Part shown: in pieces, positions 28,699 to 38,346 of the stretch
Layout: each line of letters begins with the position of its first letter
How positions within the stretch are numbered: position 1 is the first letter of the stretch
From: an uncultured Pseudomonadota bacterium
GTDB taxonomy: Bacteria; Pseudomonadota; Alphaproteobacteria; RF32; CAG-239
DNA length: 64,000 nucleotides
Direction: 5' to 3'
Assembly (NCBI GenBank): GCA_902495305.1
Contig: CABUWG010000003.1
Span: 989 to 64,988 of the forward strand
Translations under genes and position numbers: made by a program
Notes under the pieces: generated by a model
The model's input: the letters and a program-made list of their open reading frames with translations, nothing else
What the model was told of the DNA's origin: nothing
Database searches by the model: none

Positions 28699-29493
28699 AT
28701 GTTAATCGACAGTCACTGTCACTTGGATTTTAACGATTTTGAAGAAGACTTTGAAGACATATTGGCTCGTGCCCGCGAAAACGGCGTAACGGCCATGTTG
28801 AATGCCGGCAACAATATCGGCGAACTGGACAACCAGTTGAAAATTTCTGAAAAATATCCTTTTATCTACACGGCTGTCGGTGTTCATCCGCACAATGCCG
28901 CCGAATATCCCGATGTCAAAGCCGAAGATTTTATTGAAAAATCGGCCCACAAAAAAATTGTCGGTATAGGTGAATGCGGTTTGGATTATTACTACGACTA
29001 CTCTCCCAAAGACGTTCAGCAAAAAGTCTTTATTGAACAGATAAAAGCCTCACAACAGACCGGACTGCCGCTGATTATTCATACCAGAGACGCTGACGAT
29101 GACACAATCTCCATTTTGGGCGACTACTACAGGAAAACGCCTTTTACCGGAGAAATCCATTGCTTCTCGACATCTAAAAAACTGGCCGATTTTGCACTTT
29201 CTATAGGATTTTATATTTCCGCTTCGGGAATCATTACGTTCAACCGCTCGGCCGAACTGCGGGAAATTTTCAGGGAAATTCCGCTGGATCGCCTGCTTGT
29301 GGAAACAGATTCTCCTTTTCTTGCGCCCATTCCGCTGCGCGGCCGCCGCAATGAACCGTCTTTTGTCATTCATACCGCAGAAAAGCTGGCACAGCTGAAA
29401 GATATTTCTTTTGAAAAACTGGCGCAGATAACCTCGGACAATTTCTACCGCCTTTTCCGCAAGGCCAGTGATAAAGGGAGATACGAGTATTAA
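28699..29493 (+). CDS. tatD: TatD family metal-dependent hydrolase/DNase
   Basis: MLIDSHCHLDF, GECGLDYYY, IHTRDA, ETDSPFL motifs. ATG 28699 is preferred over the track start 28642. Confidence 0.9.
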   Translation: MLIDSHCHLDFNDFEEDFEDILARARENGVTAMLNAGNNIGELDNQLKISEKYPFIYTAVGVHPHNAAEYPDVKAEDFIEKSAHKKIVGIGECGLDYYYDYSPKDVQQKVFIEQIKASQQTGLPLIIHTRDADDDTISILGDYYRKTPFTGEIHCFSTSKKLADFALSIGFYISASGIITFNRSAELREIFREIPLDRLLVETDSPFLAPIPLRGRRNEPSFVIHTAEKLAQLKDISFEKLAQITSDNFYRLFRKASDKGRYEY

Positions 29494-29494
29494 C

Positions 29495-30280
29495 ATGCGC
29501 AAGATTATCTTTTTGGGTAGCGGCGCTGCACCTGGAGTTCCGTCTTTATGCTGTGGCTTTGGCGATTGTGACCCGCACAATCCCAAAAACATCCGCACCC
29601 GCACATCAACTTATCTGGAATATGACGGCGTCCGCTTGTTGATTGACACCTCTCCCGATTTAAGGCTCCAGCTGATACAAAACAATATTCGCAGTCTTGA
29701 CGGCGTATTGTATACCCACGTGCATGCCGACCACCTGCACGGCATAGACGAACTGCGGGAGATCAACCGCATCACCGGAAAAAGCCTGAACTACTATGCT
29801 ACGGAATTCAGCAATACGCATATTGAAGAGCGCTTTTCTTACCTGATTGCCCAAAAGCAGAAAAGTTGCGACGTCATACGCCGTCCCAGCCTGATTTCCA
29901 ACCTGATAACGGTCAATCAGCCGTTTTTTATCAAAGGCCTGAAAATCACGCCGCTAAAGCTTCTCGGCCATAATATTGAAAGTGTGGGCTATGCCTTTAA
30001 CGACGGCGAACTTGTATACATTGCAGACTTCAAAACCCTTGACGACAGCGTGTTTGATATGATAAAAAGAAAACCTGCTTTGTTGGTAATGCCGTTAACA
30101 ACGCCTTACGGCCAGCAGTTTCACGCCGGACTGGACGAAGTAACCGCTTACATTGAACAAATAAAGCCGGAAAAAGCCGTTCTCAACCATATGGCATCAG
30201 AATGCGATTACGAAGCCGTCAGGGCATCAACACCGGAAAATACAGAACCGGCTTATGACAATCTGAGTATAGAATTTTAG
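29495..30280 (+). CDS. MBL-fold metallo-hydrolase (PhnP/PqqB-like)
   Basis: MRKIIFLGSGAAPGVP...YTHVHADHLHG (HxHxDH). ATG 29495 lies 1 nt after the tatD stop. Confidence 0.8.
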   Translation: MRKIIFLGSGAAPGVPSLCCGFGDCDPHNPKNIRTRTSTYLEYDGVRLLIDTSPDLRLQLIQNNIRSLDGVLYTHVHADHLHGIDELREINRITGKSLNYYATEFSNTHIEERFSYLIAQKQKSCDVIRRPSLISNLITVNQPFFIKGLKITPLKLLGHNIESVGYAFNDGELVYIADFKTLDDSVFDMIKRKPALLVMPLTTPYGQQFHAGLDEVTAYIEQIKPEKAVLNHMASECDYEAVRASTPENTEPAYDNLSIEF

Positions 30281-30299
30281 AAGAAAGGGTGAATCAAAC

Positions 30300-31160
30300 A
30301 TGTTATGCATCTATCATATTGCTGACCACGACGGAAAAGGCTCTGCCGGCATTGTCCGCAGCAAATATCCCAATGCCGAATTCTGCGGTTTCAATCATGA
30401 CATGGAAATCCCCTATGATAAGATAAAAGCGCATGACGATATCGTTATCTGCGATATTGCTCTGCCTGTTGAATACATGTTTGAACTCAACAAGACCAAA
30501 AATCTGACATGGATTGATCACCATATTTCAGTCATCAAGGAATATGAACAGCTGATGGCCGACGGCAAACATACCGCCATAAAAGGCCTGCGCCGCGTCG
30601 GAACAGCCGCGATGGTGCTGACTTGGGAATATTTTTATCCAGATCAGCCGGTGCCGGAAGGCATCAGGCTTCTCGGGCTGAATGATCTTTTTGACTTGAA
30701 AGACCCGCGCGTCCGCCCGTTTGAATACGCAATCCAGTCACTGGGCGTCAATCGTCCGACCGACAAAATCTGGCAGCAGCTGATAAATAATGAAGTTGAT
30801 ATAAATGAAATGGTCAAAAAAGGCGAGGGCATCCTATCTTGGATTAAAATCCGCAACTACCGTCTGGTACGCACGCTGGCTTTTGAAAGCAGCTACATGG
30901 GATACCGCTGTATCTGCGCCAATATGCCGCAAGGTTACTCTGAGTTTTTTGATTCCCTTGACAACCTCGATGATTATGATGTCATGATTAACTTTTATAT
31001 GGATAAAAAGAACAACTGGAAAATGACATTTTATTCCGAAAAAGATATTGATGTCTCCAAGATTGCCGAAAGTTTTGGCGGCGGCGGACATTTCCATGCC
31101 GCGGGAGCCTCCAGCCTGCGCAAACTTCCCGAGTTTTTGGCTTCCGGCATAAAGAAATAG
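30300..31160 (+). CDS. DHH-family phosphoesterase (NrnA/NrnB-like)
   Basis: 286 aa with HIADHDG, ICDI, WIDHH (DHH motif) and a C-terminal GGGGHFHAAG (DHHA1 GGGH motif). Confidence 0.75.
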   Translation: MLCIYHIADHDGKGSAGIVRSKYPNAEFCGFNHDMEIPYDKIKAHDDIVICDIALPVEYMFELNKTKNLTWIDHHISVIKEYEQLMADGKHTAIKGLRRVGTAAMVLTWEYFYPDQPVPEGIRLLGLNDLFDLKDPRVRPFEYAIQSLGVNRPTDKIWQQLINNEVDINEMVKKGEGILSWIKIRNYRLVRTLAFESSYMGYRCICANMPQGYSEFFDSLDNLDDYDVMINFYMDKKNNWKMTFYSEKDIDVSKIAESFGGGGHFHAAGASSLRKLPEFLASGIKK

Positions 31161-31226
31161 TTTTAATTGAAAACCCGCTTTTTCTCCTTATATATGATTT
31201 AACCGTCATATTAAGGAGAAAATTTT

Positions 31227-32387
31227 ATGCATTTTGAATATTATATGCCCACGCGCCTGATTTTTGGCCGTGGCCGCTTAAAAGAACTCTCTCATTATCC
31301 TTTCCCCGGCAGCAAGGCCTTAATCCTGATTACGCAGGGGCAGTCCATGCGCAACCTCGGATACCTTGGAGCTATTCTGAAAATATTGGAAGAAACAGGC
31401 ATTGAAACAGCCGTCTATGACAGGGTGCCGCCCAATCCGTCAGACGCTCAGGTTATGGAAGCGGCAGAATTTGCCCGCAATGAAAAATGCGATATGCTGA
31501 TCGGCCTCGGCGGCGGCAGCGCAATAGACACGGCCAAAGCAGCTGCCATTATGGTCAATAATCCGGGAACTTATTGGGATTATGCCAAATTCGGCAAAGA
31601 AATAATGGAAAAAGTGCTGCCGGTAATTGCCATCCCGACAACGGCCGGAACCGGAACGGAAACCAATCAATGGTGCGTTATCTCCAATCACGAAACCAAA
31701 GAAAAAATCGCTTTCGGCAGTCCGTTGTCTTTTCCCGTTCTTGCTGTCGTCGACCCTGAACTCATGTTATCCGTACCGCCGCACTTAACCGCCTATCAGG
31801 GCATGGAAGCCTTTTTTCGTGCCGCAGAAGGCTATATGGCCAATGTTGCCAAACCAATAAGCGACTTATATGCTCTTGATACCATCAGAAGAATCTCACA
31901 CTTTCTGCCGATAGCCGTTGCCGACGGCACCAATTTGCAAGCCAGAGAAGAGATGTCCATCGCCGCCACACAGGCCGGCATTATTGCGGCGTTATCCGAA
32001 TGTGCGGCAGAATATTCCATTGATCACGCGCTCTCTGCTTATTATCCGCAATTGCCGCACGGAGCCGGCATGGTTGCCATGGCAATCCCTTATTTCAGCT
32101 TTTTATTGGAAAAAGAACGCAAAAAAGTAGAAGTCCGCTATGCTGATATGGCTCACGTCATGGGCTGGCCGGGAGAACAGCCGGAAGAGTTCGTTGATGC
32201 CTTAAAACTGCTTATCCGCGAAATCGGCATGAGTGATTTGCACCTTTCAAACTGGGGAATCACCCAACAGGAAGTCGATCTTCTCTCTGCCAATTCTTTT
32301 GCCGCCATGAGCTTTTTGTACAATACGGACTCGGAACAGCCTCTGCAAAACAATGCCGCCTGCGTTATCCGCAGCACGGTCAATTAA
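31227..32387 (+). CDS. Iron-containing (type III) alcohol dehydrogenase family protein
   Basis: 386 aa with LIGLGGGSAIDTAKA, AIPTTAGTGTE and LPHGAG motifs. AAGGAGA SD. Confidence 0.85.
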   Translation: MHFEYYMPTRLIFGRGRLKELSHYPFPGSKALILITQGQSMRNLGYLGAILKILEETGIETAVYDRVPPNPSDAQVMEAAEFARNEKCDMLIGLGGGSAIDTAKAAAIMVNNPGTYWDYAKFGKEIMEKVLPVIAIPTTAGTGTETNQWCVISNHETKEKIAFGSPLSFPVLAVVDPELMLSVPPHLTAYQGMEAFFRAAEGYMANVAKPISDLYALDTIRRISHFLPIAVADGTNLQAREEMSIAATQAGIIAALSECAAEYSIDHALSAYYPQLPHGAGMVAMAIPYFSFLLEKERKKVEVRYADMAHVMGWPGEQPEEFVDALKLLIREIGMSDLHLSNWGITQQEVDLLSANSFAAMSFLYNTDSEQPLQNNAACVIRSTVN

Positions 32388-32408
32388 GCGCCTGTCAGGC
32401 ATAATCGG

Positions 32409-32435
32409 GGAAAGCCGGAAAGGCTTTCCTTTTTT
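32409..32435 (+). terminator. Intrinsic terminator after the ADH gene
   Basis: GGAAAGCC-ggaa-(a)GGCTTTCC followed by TTTTTT. Confidence 0.7.
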
Positions 32436-32546
32436 ATTATTTTTCCCGCTCATAACCTGATTTTTTTACTTGAGGTATTTCGATTCCCGTAGTAAAATCC
32501 GGACAAATGATTAACAACAATTTGCAGCCTTGCTCCGGCGCAAAAG

Positions 32547-33410
32547 ATGAAAGTGTTGAAAATGAGAAGAAGAGAGAATGACCGGATTGAACTGACCGGA
32601 TTTCCAAAATATCTGCATAAGTTTGTAATGTTCATAACCTTTCCGTTCCGCAAACCGGCAATCGTTATTCCGTTGCTGATTTTGGCATACCTCATTCCGA
32701 CCTTTATCGGCGCCAAACCGGCCGAAGTCCACTTGTGGTATTATCACAAAATTACGGGATTGTTCAGCTCGGTTAAAGACAAAGTGCAGGATACCGGCAA
32801 AAACATCATTCCCGATGCCGTAAAAGATCTGGGCAAACAAACGATTGACACTTTCCGCGGCCGCGAAGACAATGCCGATAAAGTCGTAAACCTGCCGGAA
32901 AACAATCCGCAGGCCATTCGTCGTCAAATGTTTGAAAAAGCAAAAAACAATGAACCGGCCGCCCTTGACATCATGCAACAGCCGGATGACATCCGCATTG
33001 CACAGGTCGTCTCGCAGGAAGACGTTTCCGCTGCGGCTGACCCCAAACCCGTGACGCAACCGGTCTTGACGGAAGATACTAAAGAAAAGGCTCAAAAAAA
33101 GCTGGATTTGATTTATCTTGTCACGCCGCAGGAATTCAACGGAGAAGCCCGTGTCCGCAATGCCAATGAAATCATCATTGACGGCAATACCATCTTTTTA
33201 TTTGGCATTTATGTCGACCCGACCTCAGCCAAAGGTCTTGAAGCCAAAACCTATCTGCAAAAACTCATTGAAGGAAGCACCGTCAAATGCATTGCCGAAG
33301 CCTATACCAAACAAGGCTATGCCACGGCTTTGTGCTTTGCCAACGGCAAAAACCTCAATCACGAGATGGTTGACAGCGGTTATTCCAAAAACGTAGCTTT
33401 GGAAAGATAA
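32547..33410 (+). CDS. Membrane-anchored protein with C-terminal SNase/thermonuclease-like domain
   Basis: 287 aa with one TM helix near the N-terminus. The C-terminal EARVRNANEIIIDGNTIFLFGIYVDP...NLNHEMVDSGYS resembles staphylococcal-nuclease-like domains. The start codon is uncertain (ATG 32547 or 32562). Confidence 0.5.
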   Translation: MKVLKMRRRENDRIELTGFPKYLHKFVMFITFPFRKPAIVIPLLILAYLIPTFIGAKPAEVHLWYYHKITGLFSSVKDKVQDTGKNIIPDAVKDLGKQTIDTFRGREDNADKVVNLPENNPQAIRRQMFEKAKNNEPAALDIMQQPDDIRIAQVVSQEDVSAAADPKPVTQPVLTEDTKEKAQKKLDLIYLVTPQEFNGEARVRNANEIIIDGNTIFLFGIYVDPTSAKGLEAKTYLQKLIEGSTVKCIAEAYTKQGYATALCFANGKNLNHEMVDSGYSKNVALER

Positions 33411-33414
33411 CGCC

Positions 33415-34860
33415 ATGTGGCAGCCGGTTTTCATGGTCAGCGGCTTTTTCATGAGCATTATGGGGCTGGCTATGTTGATTCCCGCCGCCCTTGACATCTA
33501 TGATACCGGCAGCAACTGGTCATATTTTCTCAATTCGTCAATAATTTCGCTTTTTCTCGGCGTTTCCTTGTTTTTGGCCAATCATACGGAAATCAAAAAA
33601 CTCAGCCTGCAACAGGGCTATCTTTTGACGGCCGGCAGCTGGATTTGTGTTATTGTTATCTCTGCCTTTCCTTTTGTGCAAACCGGCGTTTCTCATACTT
33701 TTGCCGATGCCTTGTTTGAATCTGCTTCCGGACTGACCGGAACCGGCGCCACAATTTTTGCCAATCTGGAAAAGCTTCCGCGTTCCGTCTTATTATGGCG
33801 CTCACTGCTTTGCGGGCTGGGCGGCGTAGGAATTGTGGTTTTTGCCATTGCCATGCTGCCGTTCTTAGGCATTGGCGGTATGCAGATTTTCCAGCATGAA
33901 AGTTCGGACTTTAATGACAAGCTGATGCCCAAACTCAGCTATCTGGCCAAAAGAATTATTTTTATCTATGCTCTCTTGCTCCTTTGCTGTTTTTTATCGT
34001 TAAGATTCTTCGGCATGAACTGGTTTGATGCCTTAAATCACGCACTGAGCACCGTTTCAACCTGCGGATTTTCCACCAAAGACAGCTCTATAGCTTTTTA
34101 TGACAGTGCCACCATAGATGCCGTCATTACCATATTCATGTTTTTAGGATCATTGCCGCTGACTTACTATTACGTTGTTATCATCAACAAAAACATCCAT
34201 TCTTTGCGGGCGGCACAGGTTGCATTTTTCTTCAAATTGCTGGCATTTTACATTCTGGTAACCACGCTGTGGCTCTGGCTGTCGGATTACTATCCTGACT
34301 TTTGGACGGCGCTGCGCTTCGCTTCGTTTAATGTTGTGTCCGTAACCTCCACCACCGGCTATGCCTCAACCGACTATCTGCTTTGGGGTAACTTCAGCAG
34401 CGTTATTTTCCTGATATTCGCTTTAACCGGCGGCTGCACCGGCTCAACCACCGGTTCCATCAAAATCTTTCGCTGGCAGGTTGTGATTGCCTTTGTAAAA
34501 AAACACCTGATTTCAGCCGTCGAACCCAATCGCGTCGTTCCGGTCAAAATCGGCACGTTAACCAGCGACAGCAAAGTCGTTGCTTCGGTTTTTGTTTTTC
34601 TTTCGGCATATTTTTTCAGCATAATCATCCTGACCTGCCTTTTGGCTCTTGACGGCCTTGACTTTACCACGGCATTCAGTGCTGTTATCGCCTGCATTAC
34701 CAATACCGGCCCCGGAATTGGTAATATCGTTGGTCCGGCCGGTAACTATAGTTCATTAAGTGAATACTGCAAATATATTCTTTCTTTCGCCATGCTGCTC
34801 GGCCGGCTGGAAATCATGACAATTCTGGTCATCATGACCCGTAATTTCTGGAAACAATAA
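33415..34860 (+). CDS. trkH: Trk/Ktr potassium transporter membrane subunit TrkH
   Basis: 481 aa, polytopic, with repeated selectivity-filter-like segments (SGLTGTGAT, STCGFST, TTGYAS, TNTGPG). Confidence 0.9.
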   Translation: MWQPVFMVSGFFMSIMGLAMLIPAALDIYDTGSNWSYFLNSSIISLFLGVSLFLANHTEIKKLSLQQGYLLTAGSWICVIVISAFPFVQTGVSHTFADALFESASGLTGTGATIFANLEKLPRSVLLWRSLLCGLGGVGIVVFAIAMLPFLGIGGMQIFQHESSDFNDKLMPKLSYLAKRIIFIYALLLLCCFLSLRFFGMNWFDALNHALSTVSTCGFSTKDSSIAFYDSATIDAVITIFMFLGSLPLTYYYVVIINKNIHSLRAAQVAFFFKLLAFYILVTTLWLWLSDYYPDFWTALRFASFNVVSVTSTTGYASTDYLLWGNFSSVIFLIFALTGGCTGSTTGSIKIFRWQVVIAFVKKHLISAVEPNRVVPVKIGTLTSDSKVVASVFVFLSAYFFSIIILTCLLALDGLDFTTAFSAVIACITNTGPGIGNIVGPAGNYSSLSEYCKYILSFAMLLGRLEIMTILVIMTRNFWKQ

Positions 34861-34863
34861 AAA

Positions 34864-34892
34864 TTGACAAAAAACAAAAATAATGATAATTA
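34864..34892 (+). promoter_or_regulatory. Sigma70-like promoter TTGACA-17-TAATTA (TG-extended) overlapped by an AT-rich Fur-box-like sequence
   Basis: TTGACA at 34864-34869, a 17-nt spacer ending TGa, then TAATTA at 34887-34892. AATAATGATAATTACTAAT (34879-34897) matches 14/19 of the classical Fur box as I remember it. Confidence 0.35.
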
Positions 34893-34932
34893 CTAATCTG
34901 AAAAATGATTATTAATTTAAAATTCTATTATT

Positions 34933-36030
34933 ATGAACCCGAAAGAAAACAAAGTATTATCCGAGTATTTCAAAAAAATTGAAAAAGCGGAACAGGTTGT
35001 CTTACAGTCCAACGATACCGAGGCTATTTTGTATTTTATTGAAAATGCGTTAATCAGCGATAAAAGTATTGACTATCTTTTTCATTTTGCCAACAAGAAA
35101 TATAAAATGCTCTTTCTGGACAGACGGAGTAATTTTACGCCAGCTCAGCAGATTTCAATTTGCAAGTTTGGCACCACTGAAATGATAAATCAACTCATAA
35201 ACAAGCTTCATTTCCGTGAAACCATAATGTCAAACGTTGAAAACCTGATACCAGCAGCTGAAAGAATCCTTTTGGGACCGACCAAACAAGCTGTCCTATA
35301 TGACTATCTCATAACTTTCGGCATCAGTTTGAATCCTGAAAATCTGTTACAGTTTTTTCAGACTTCTAAAAATGAAGTCATTGAAGAATACTTTAAAAGA
35401 CATGAAGTTATTCCGATAAATGCCGCAAGATTTGAAGAATTAAATCAAAGAGGGCTGGGAGATTTGCTTATTGAATACTGGCACAACTGCAAACTTGACA
35501 AAGAAACATATATGGCTGTTTTTGAGAGCGATTTGGAAAAACTGAAAACAAAAATCATCCAAGATCCTGCAGAAACCCGAAAATTTGACGCCGACTTTGT
35601 CAAAAAATACGGTTACGAGGGACTGATGAAATATCCGTTTTCCGGACTGACAAAAGAGGCTCAAAAAATTTTGTATGAACAAGATAAAGACCTATTTTGG
35701 AACTATTGCATAAAATACAAAATTCATATGTTGGGCGAATATCAGGAAGAACTGAGAACAGACAAAAACCGCGAAAAACTTTGGCTGGAATTGCTCAAAA
35801 CCGGATTTATTGAAGACGATGTCTTGAAAAAAGTTATATTGCAAGAACCGCAGCAACTGCCTCTTTACATCGAGCATAATACTAACCAACATTGGACAGC
35901 CGCTTGCATGATAATTTCTTGTGCACCGGCACCACTGGCAAAAATAATGGGAAAGAAAGCAAAACACCACCCAAGCTGTCGAGAAGCTTATGAAAAACGC
36001 TTCAACTGGTTTCAAAGAACTTTCGGATAA
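34933..36030 (+). CDS. AT-rich orphan protein (365 aa), predicted all-helical, no family recognised
   Basis: Long ORF with no SD and clearly lower GC than its neighbours by eye. Flanked by a promoter-like element and a strong bidirectional terminator. Confidence 0.5.
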   Translation: MNPKENKVLSEYFKKIEKAEQVVLQSNDTEAILYFIENALISDKSIDYLFHFANKKYKMLFLDRRSNFTPAQQISICKFGTTEMINQLINKLHFRETIMSNVENLIPAAERILLGPTKQAVLYDYLITFGISLNPENLLQFFQTSKNEVIEEYFKRHEVIPINAARFEELNQRGLGDLLIEYWHNCKLDKETYMAVFESDLEKLKTKIIQDPAETRKFDADFVKKYGYEGLMKYPFSGLTKEAQKILYEQDKDLFWNYCIKYKIHMLGEYQEELRTDKNREKLWLELLKTGFIEDDVLKKVILQEPQQLPLYIEHNTNQHWTAACMIISCAPAPLAKIMGKKAKHHPSCREAYEKRFNWFQRTFG

Positions 36031-36033
36031 TAC

Positions 36034-36069
36034 AAAAATCCCCCGACCTTACACAGGTCAGGGGATTTT
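36034..36069. terminator. Bidirectional intrinsic terminator between convergent genes
   Basis: AAAATCCCCCGACCT-tacac-AGGTCAGGGGATTTT. Confidence 0.8.
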
Positions 36070-36086
36070 GTGTCTTAAACCTAAGA

Positions 36087-37229
36087 CTATTCTGCCAGCG
36101 ATTCTGCCTGAATATCCAGTTTGGGCTCCGGTGCTTCAAGTTCAATCAGCTGGTCTTCGTCAATCATGCCGTTTTCCTCAATCTCATCACTGGTAACCAG
36201 CGGAATTTCCTCAGCCATATCCTTTTCTTCATGAATCTCCGTATCTTCCAGTTCTTCAGACGAAATCGGCTTGGCATTTTTTAACAATTCCGGCAGCATG
36301 GCCTCATGTTCCGGTGTCAGGACAATGCCTTCTTCACCGCCGTTTTTCATATTGTCTGCCTCAGAAAGCGCCTCGTCTTCACCGCCTTTTTTAATGACAA
36401 TAAAATCACTCGGCAATTCCTCAGCCGGCGCGGCTGCCGGTTTTGCTTCATATTTCGGAGCCTCGGCCGTCCCGTTGCTGTTAATTTTAATCAATGCTTT
36501 GGGCGCATCTTCATCCGGCAGCAAATCAGGCTCGGCAACCTTGTCTTTACTGTCGGCAACAGGCTGTTCCTTGGCGTTTTTGGCTTTTTGAAATTCCGCA
36601 ATGGCTTTTTCGGCTTCTTCTTCAATGCTCAACTGAGTTTCATCGGCGACAGCCGGATTCTCTACAGCGCTTCCGCCGTCAATCACCTTTTCTTCCGCAG
36701 CTTTTTGAGCTGCAGCTTCCGCTTCGGCCACGGTTTCTTTACGAGGACGGGGCAGGGAAGGCTCTTTGTCATCTTCGGCCTTTTGAACAATGCTGTTGCG
36801 TATTTTCAGCTCTTCTTCCGTCAAAAGCTTAGACTTGTCAACGTCCGTATTCAGACATTTAAGAAGCCATACGTCATAAATCGGATGAGCCACGGCATTA
36901 AGCGCCGGAGAAGAAGACATCATCCATCCGCGAAAAATATTAACCGGATTCTCCGTCTGATAATTGTCCACCACGTCAACATAGGCAAAATTCTCCGGCG
37001 TTTCTTCCGGAGATCTGGTCTTGCAGGAACGGACAACAATCGAAAAAGTCCCGTATTCAGCCTGACCGTTAACCGGCACCTCCACAAGAGATACCTTGCC
37101 GGTAATCTTGTCCATTGCCTGCAATTGCGCCGTATTCATGGCAATTTCGCGCGCAGCAGCACTCCCTGCAAAAAAAGCAGAGCAGAGCGCCGTCACACAC
37201 AAAAGTCTATTTATTCTCACTGCTGCCAT
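36087..37229 (-). CDS. DUF2155 domain protein with long acidic C-terminal extension
   Basis: Signal peptide, then LQAMDKITGKVSLVEVPVNGQAEYGTFSIVVRSCKTRSPEETPENFAYVDV (DUF2155-like by recall). About 230 aa of E/A/K/P-rich low-complexity tail follow. Confidence 0.7.
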   Translation of the reverse strand: MAAVRINRLLCVTALCSAFFAGSAAAREIAMNTAQLQAMDKITGKVSLVEVPVNGQAEYGTFSIVVRSCKTRSPEETPENFAYVDVVDNYQTENPVNIFRGWMMSSSPALNAVAHPIYDVWLLKCLNTDVDKSKLLTEEELKIRNSIVQKAEDDKEPSLPRPRKETVAEAEAAAQKAAEEKVIDGGSAVENPAVADETQLSIEEEAEKAIAEFQKAKNAKEQPVADSKDKVAEPDLLPDEDAPKALIKINSNGTAEAPKYEAKPAAAPAEELPSDFIVIKKGGEDEALSEADNMKNGGEEGIVLTPEHEAMLPELLKNAKPISSEELEDTEIHEEKDMAEEIPLVTSDEIEENGMIDEDQLIELEAPEPKLDIQAESLAE

Positions 37230-37680
37230 TATCGGTCACCATAAAAATAATTTCACCGACCATATCTTCCAAAGTCTTAAAGTCTTTAGTATTTTTAATC
37301 ATATCGCCGTCTTTCAGGAAAACATTTTCTTTCCCCGGCTCGATTTTAATAAACTTGTCACCGACCAAACCATCGCCGACAATAACAGCCGTACTGTCAA
37401 CCGGCAGTTCGATATTGGAAGCCAGACTCATCTTGACATCGGCGGAATAATCCTCGTTATCCAAAGTCTGTCCGATAACCGTACCAACCTTAATACCGTT
37501 GATTCGCACGTCAGACCCCACGTTCAAACCGCCGACCTTCAAAAACTTCGCCGTAACCGTGTATCCTTTAACCACTTGCAAATCCGAAACATTATAAGCA
37601 AAATACAGGAAGAACGCGGCCACCAGAACCACGACAATACCCATGATTGTTTCTACAGGCTTCTTATTCATAAACTCCAA
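37207..37680 (-). CDS. mlaD: MlaD/MCE-domain protein (outer membrane lipid asymmetry system component)
   Basis: 157 aa with an N-terminal TM, then GLNVGSDVRINGIKVGTVIGQTLD...IVGDGLVGDKFIKIEPG, typical of MCE domains. Confidence 0.8.
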   Translation of the reverse strand: MEFMNKKPVETIMGIVVVLVAAFFLYFAYNVSDLQVVKGYTVTAKFLKVGGLNVGSDVRINGIKVGTVIGQTLDNEDYSADVKMSLASNIELPVDSTAVIVGDGLVGDKFIKIEPGKENVFLKDGDMIKNTKDFKTLEDMVGEIIFMVTDNGSSENK

Positions 37681-37697
37681 CTCCTTAAATTACACAA

Positions 37698-38186
37698 TTA
37701 TTTATTTTTATTACGATTAGCTTTGCCGATACTGACGATTCTGTCGAGCAGTTCTTCAATCACCATGGCATCCTGCGTATAAGAGAACTCACCGCCGGCC
37801 GGAATAAAATCCTCGGATCCGCCTGCTTCAATCTCAATATACTTCGGCCCCATCAGCCCCGAACTGACGATTGAAGCGCTGCTGTCATCGGGAATGTTAA
37901 TTCCGTCTTTAATCTCCAAAGTCAATATGGCTTTAAAATTGTCATCCAGCTTGGCATCAACCACACGCCCGACGGTCATTCCGGCCAGCCGCACCAAATC
38001 GCCGACCAAAAGGCCGTCTGTACGATTATAGCGCGCCATTACGGAATAATATTTTCCGCCTTCGGCATGCTCGATATTTCTGCGTCCGGCCACAAACAAC
38101 GCCCCGACGGCAATCAAAAACAAGGCCACCCACAATCCGGTTTTCAGGGAACGGGCTTCTTCTTTGGAATAAACTTCTTCAGACAT
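37698..38186 (-). CDS. Second MlaD/MCE-domain protein (paralog)
   Basis: 162 aa with a TM helix, then GLLVGDLVRLAGMTVGRVVDAKLD...SSGLMGPKYIEIEAG. Same fold signature as the downstream gene. Confidence 0.72.
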   Translation of the reverse strand: MSEEVYSKEEARSLKTGLWVALFLIAVGALFVAGRRNIEHAEGGKYYSVMARYNRTDGLLVGDLVRLAGMTVGRVVDAKLDDNFKAILTLEIKDGINIPDDSSASIVSSGLMGPKYIEIEAGGSEDFIPAGGEFSYTQDAMVIEELLDRIVSIGKANRNKNK

Positions 38187-38346
38187 TTCAACTCCGATAA
38201 AATATTTTTTTCATTTTGCATATATAAATAAAGTAAAATAACGTTTTTGTCACCAACCTTTTTGAAAAAATGAAAAAAGTTGTTAAAATTTAAAATTAAC
38301 TTGCTAATATAAAGAAGACACAACAAACAAAGCCGGATAAAAAACA

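Noticed and set aside
36306-37244. 312-aa ORF (and 36271..36591) on the plus strand opposite the DUF2155 gene.
   Set aside because: It is an artefact of the repetitive GAA/GCC-rich acidic tail on the other strand. The product is F/R/L-rich nonsense, whereas the minus-strand product has a signal peptide and a DUF2155-like domain.
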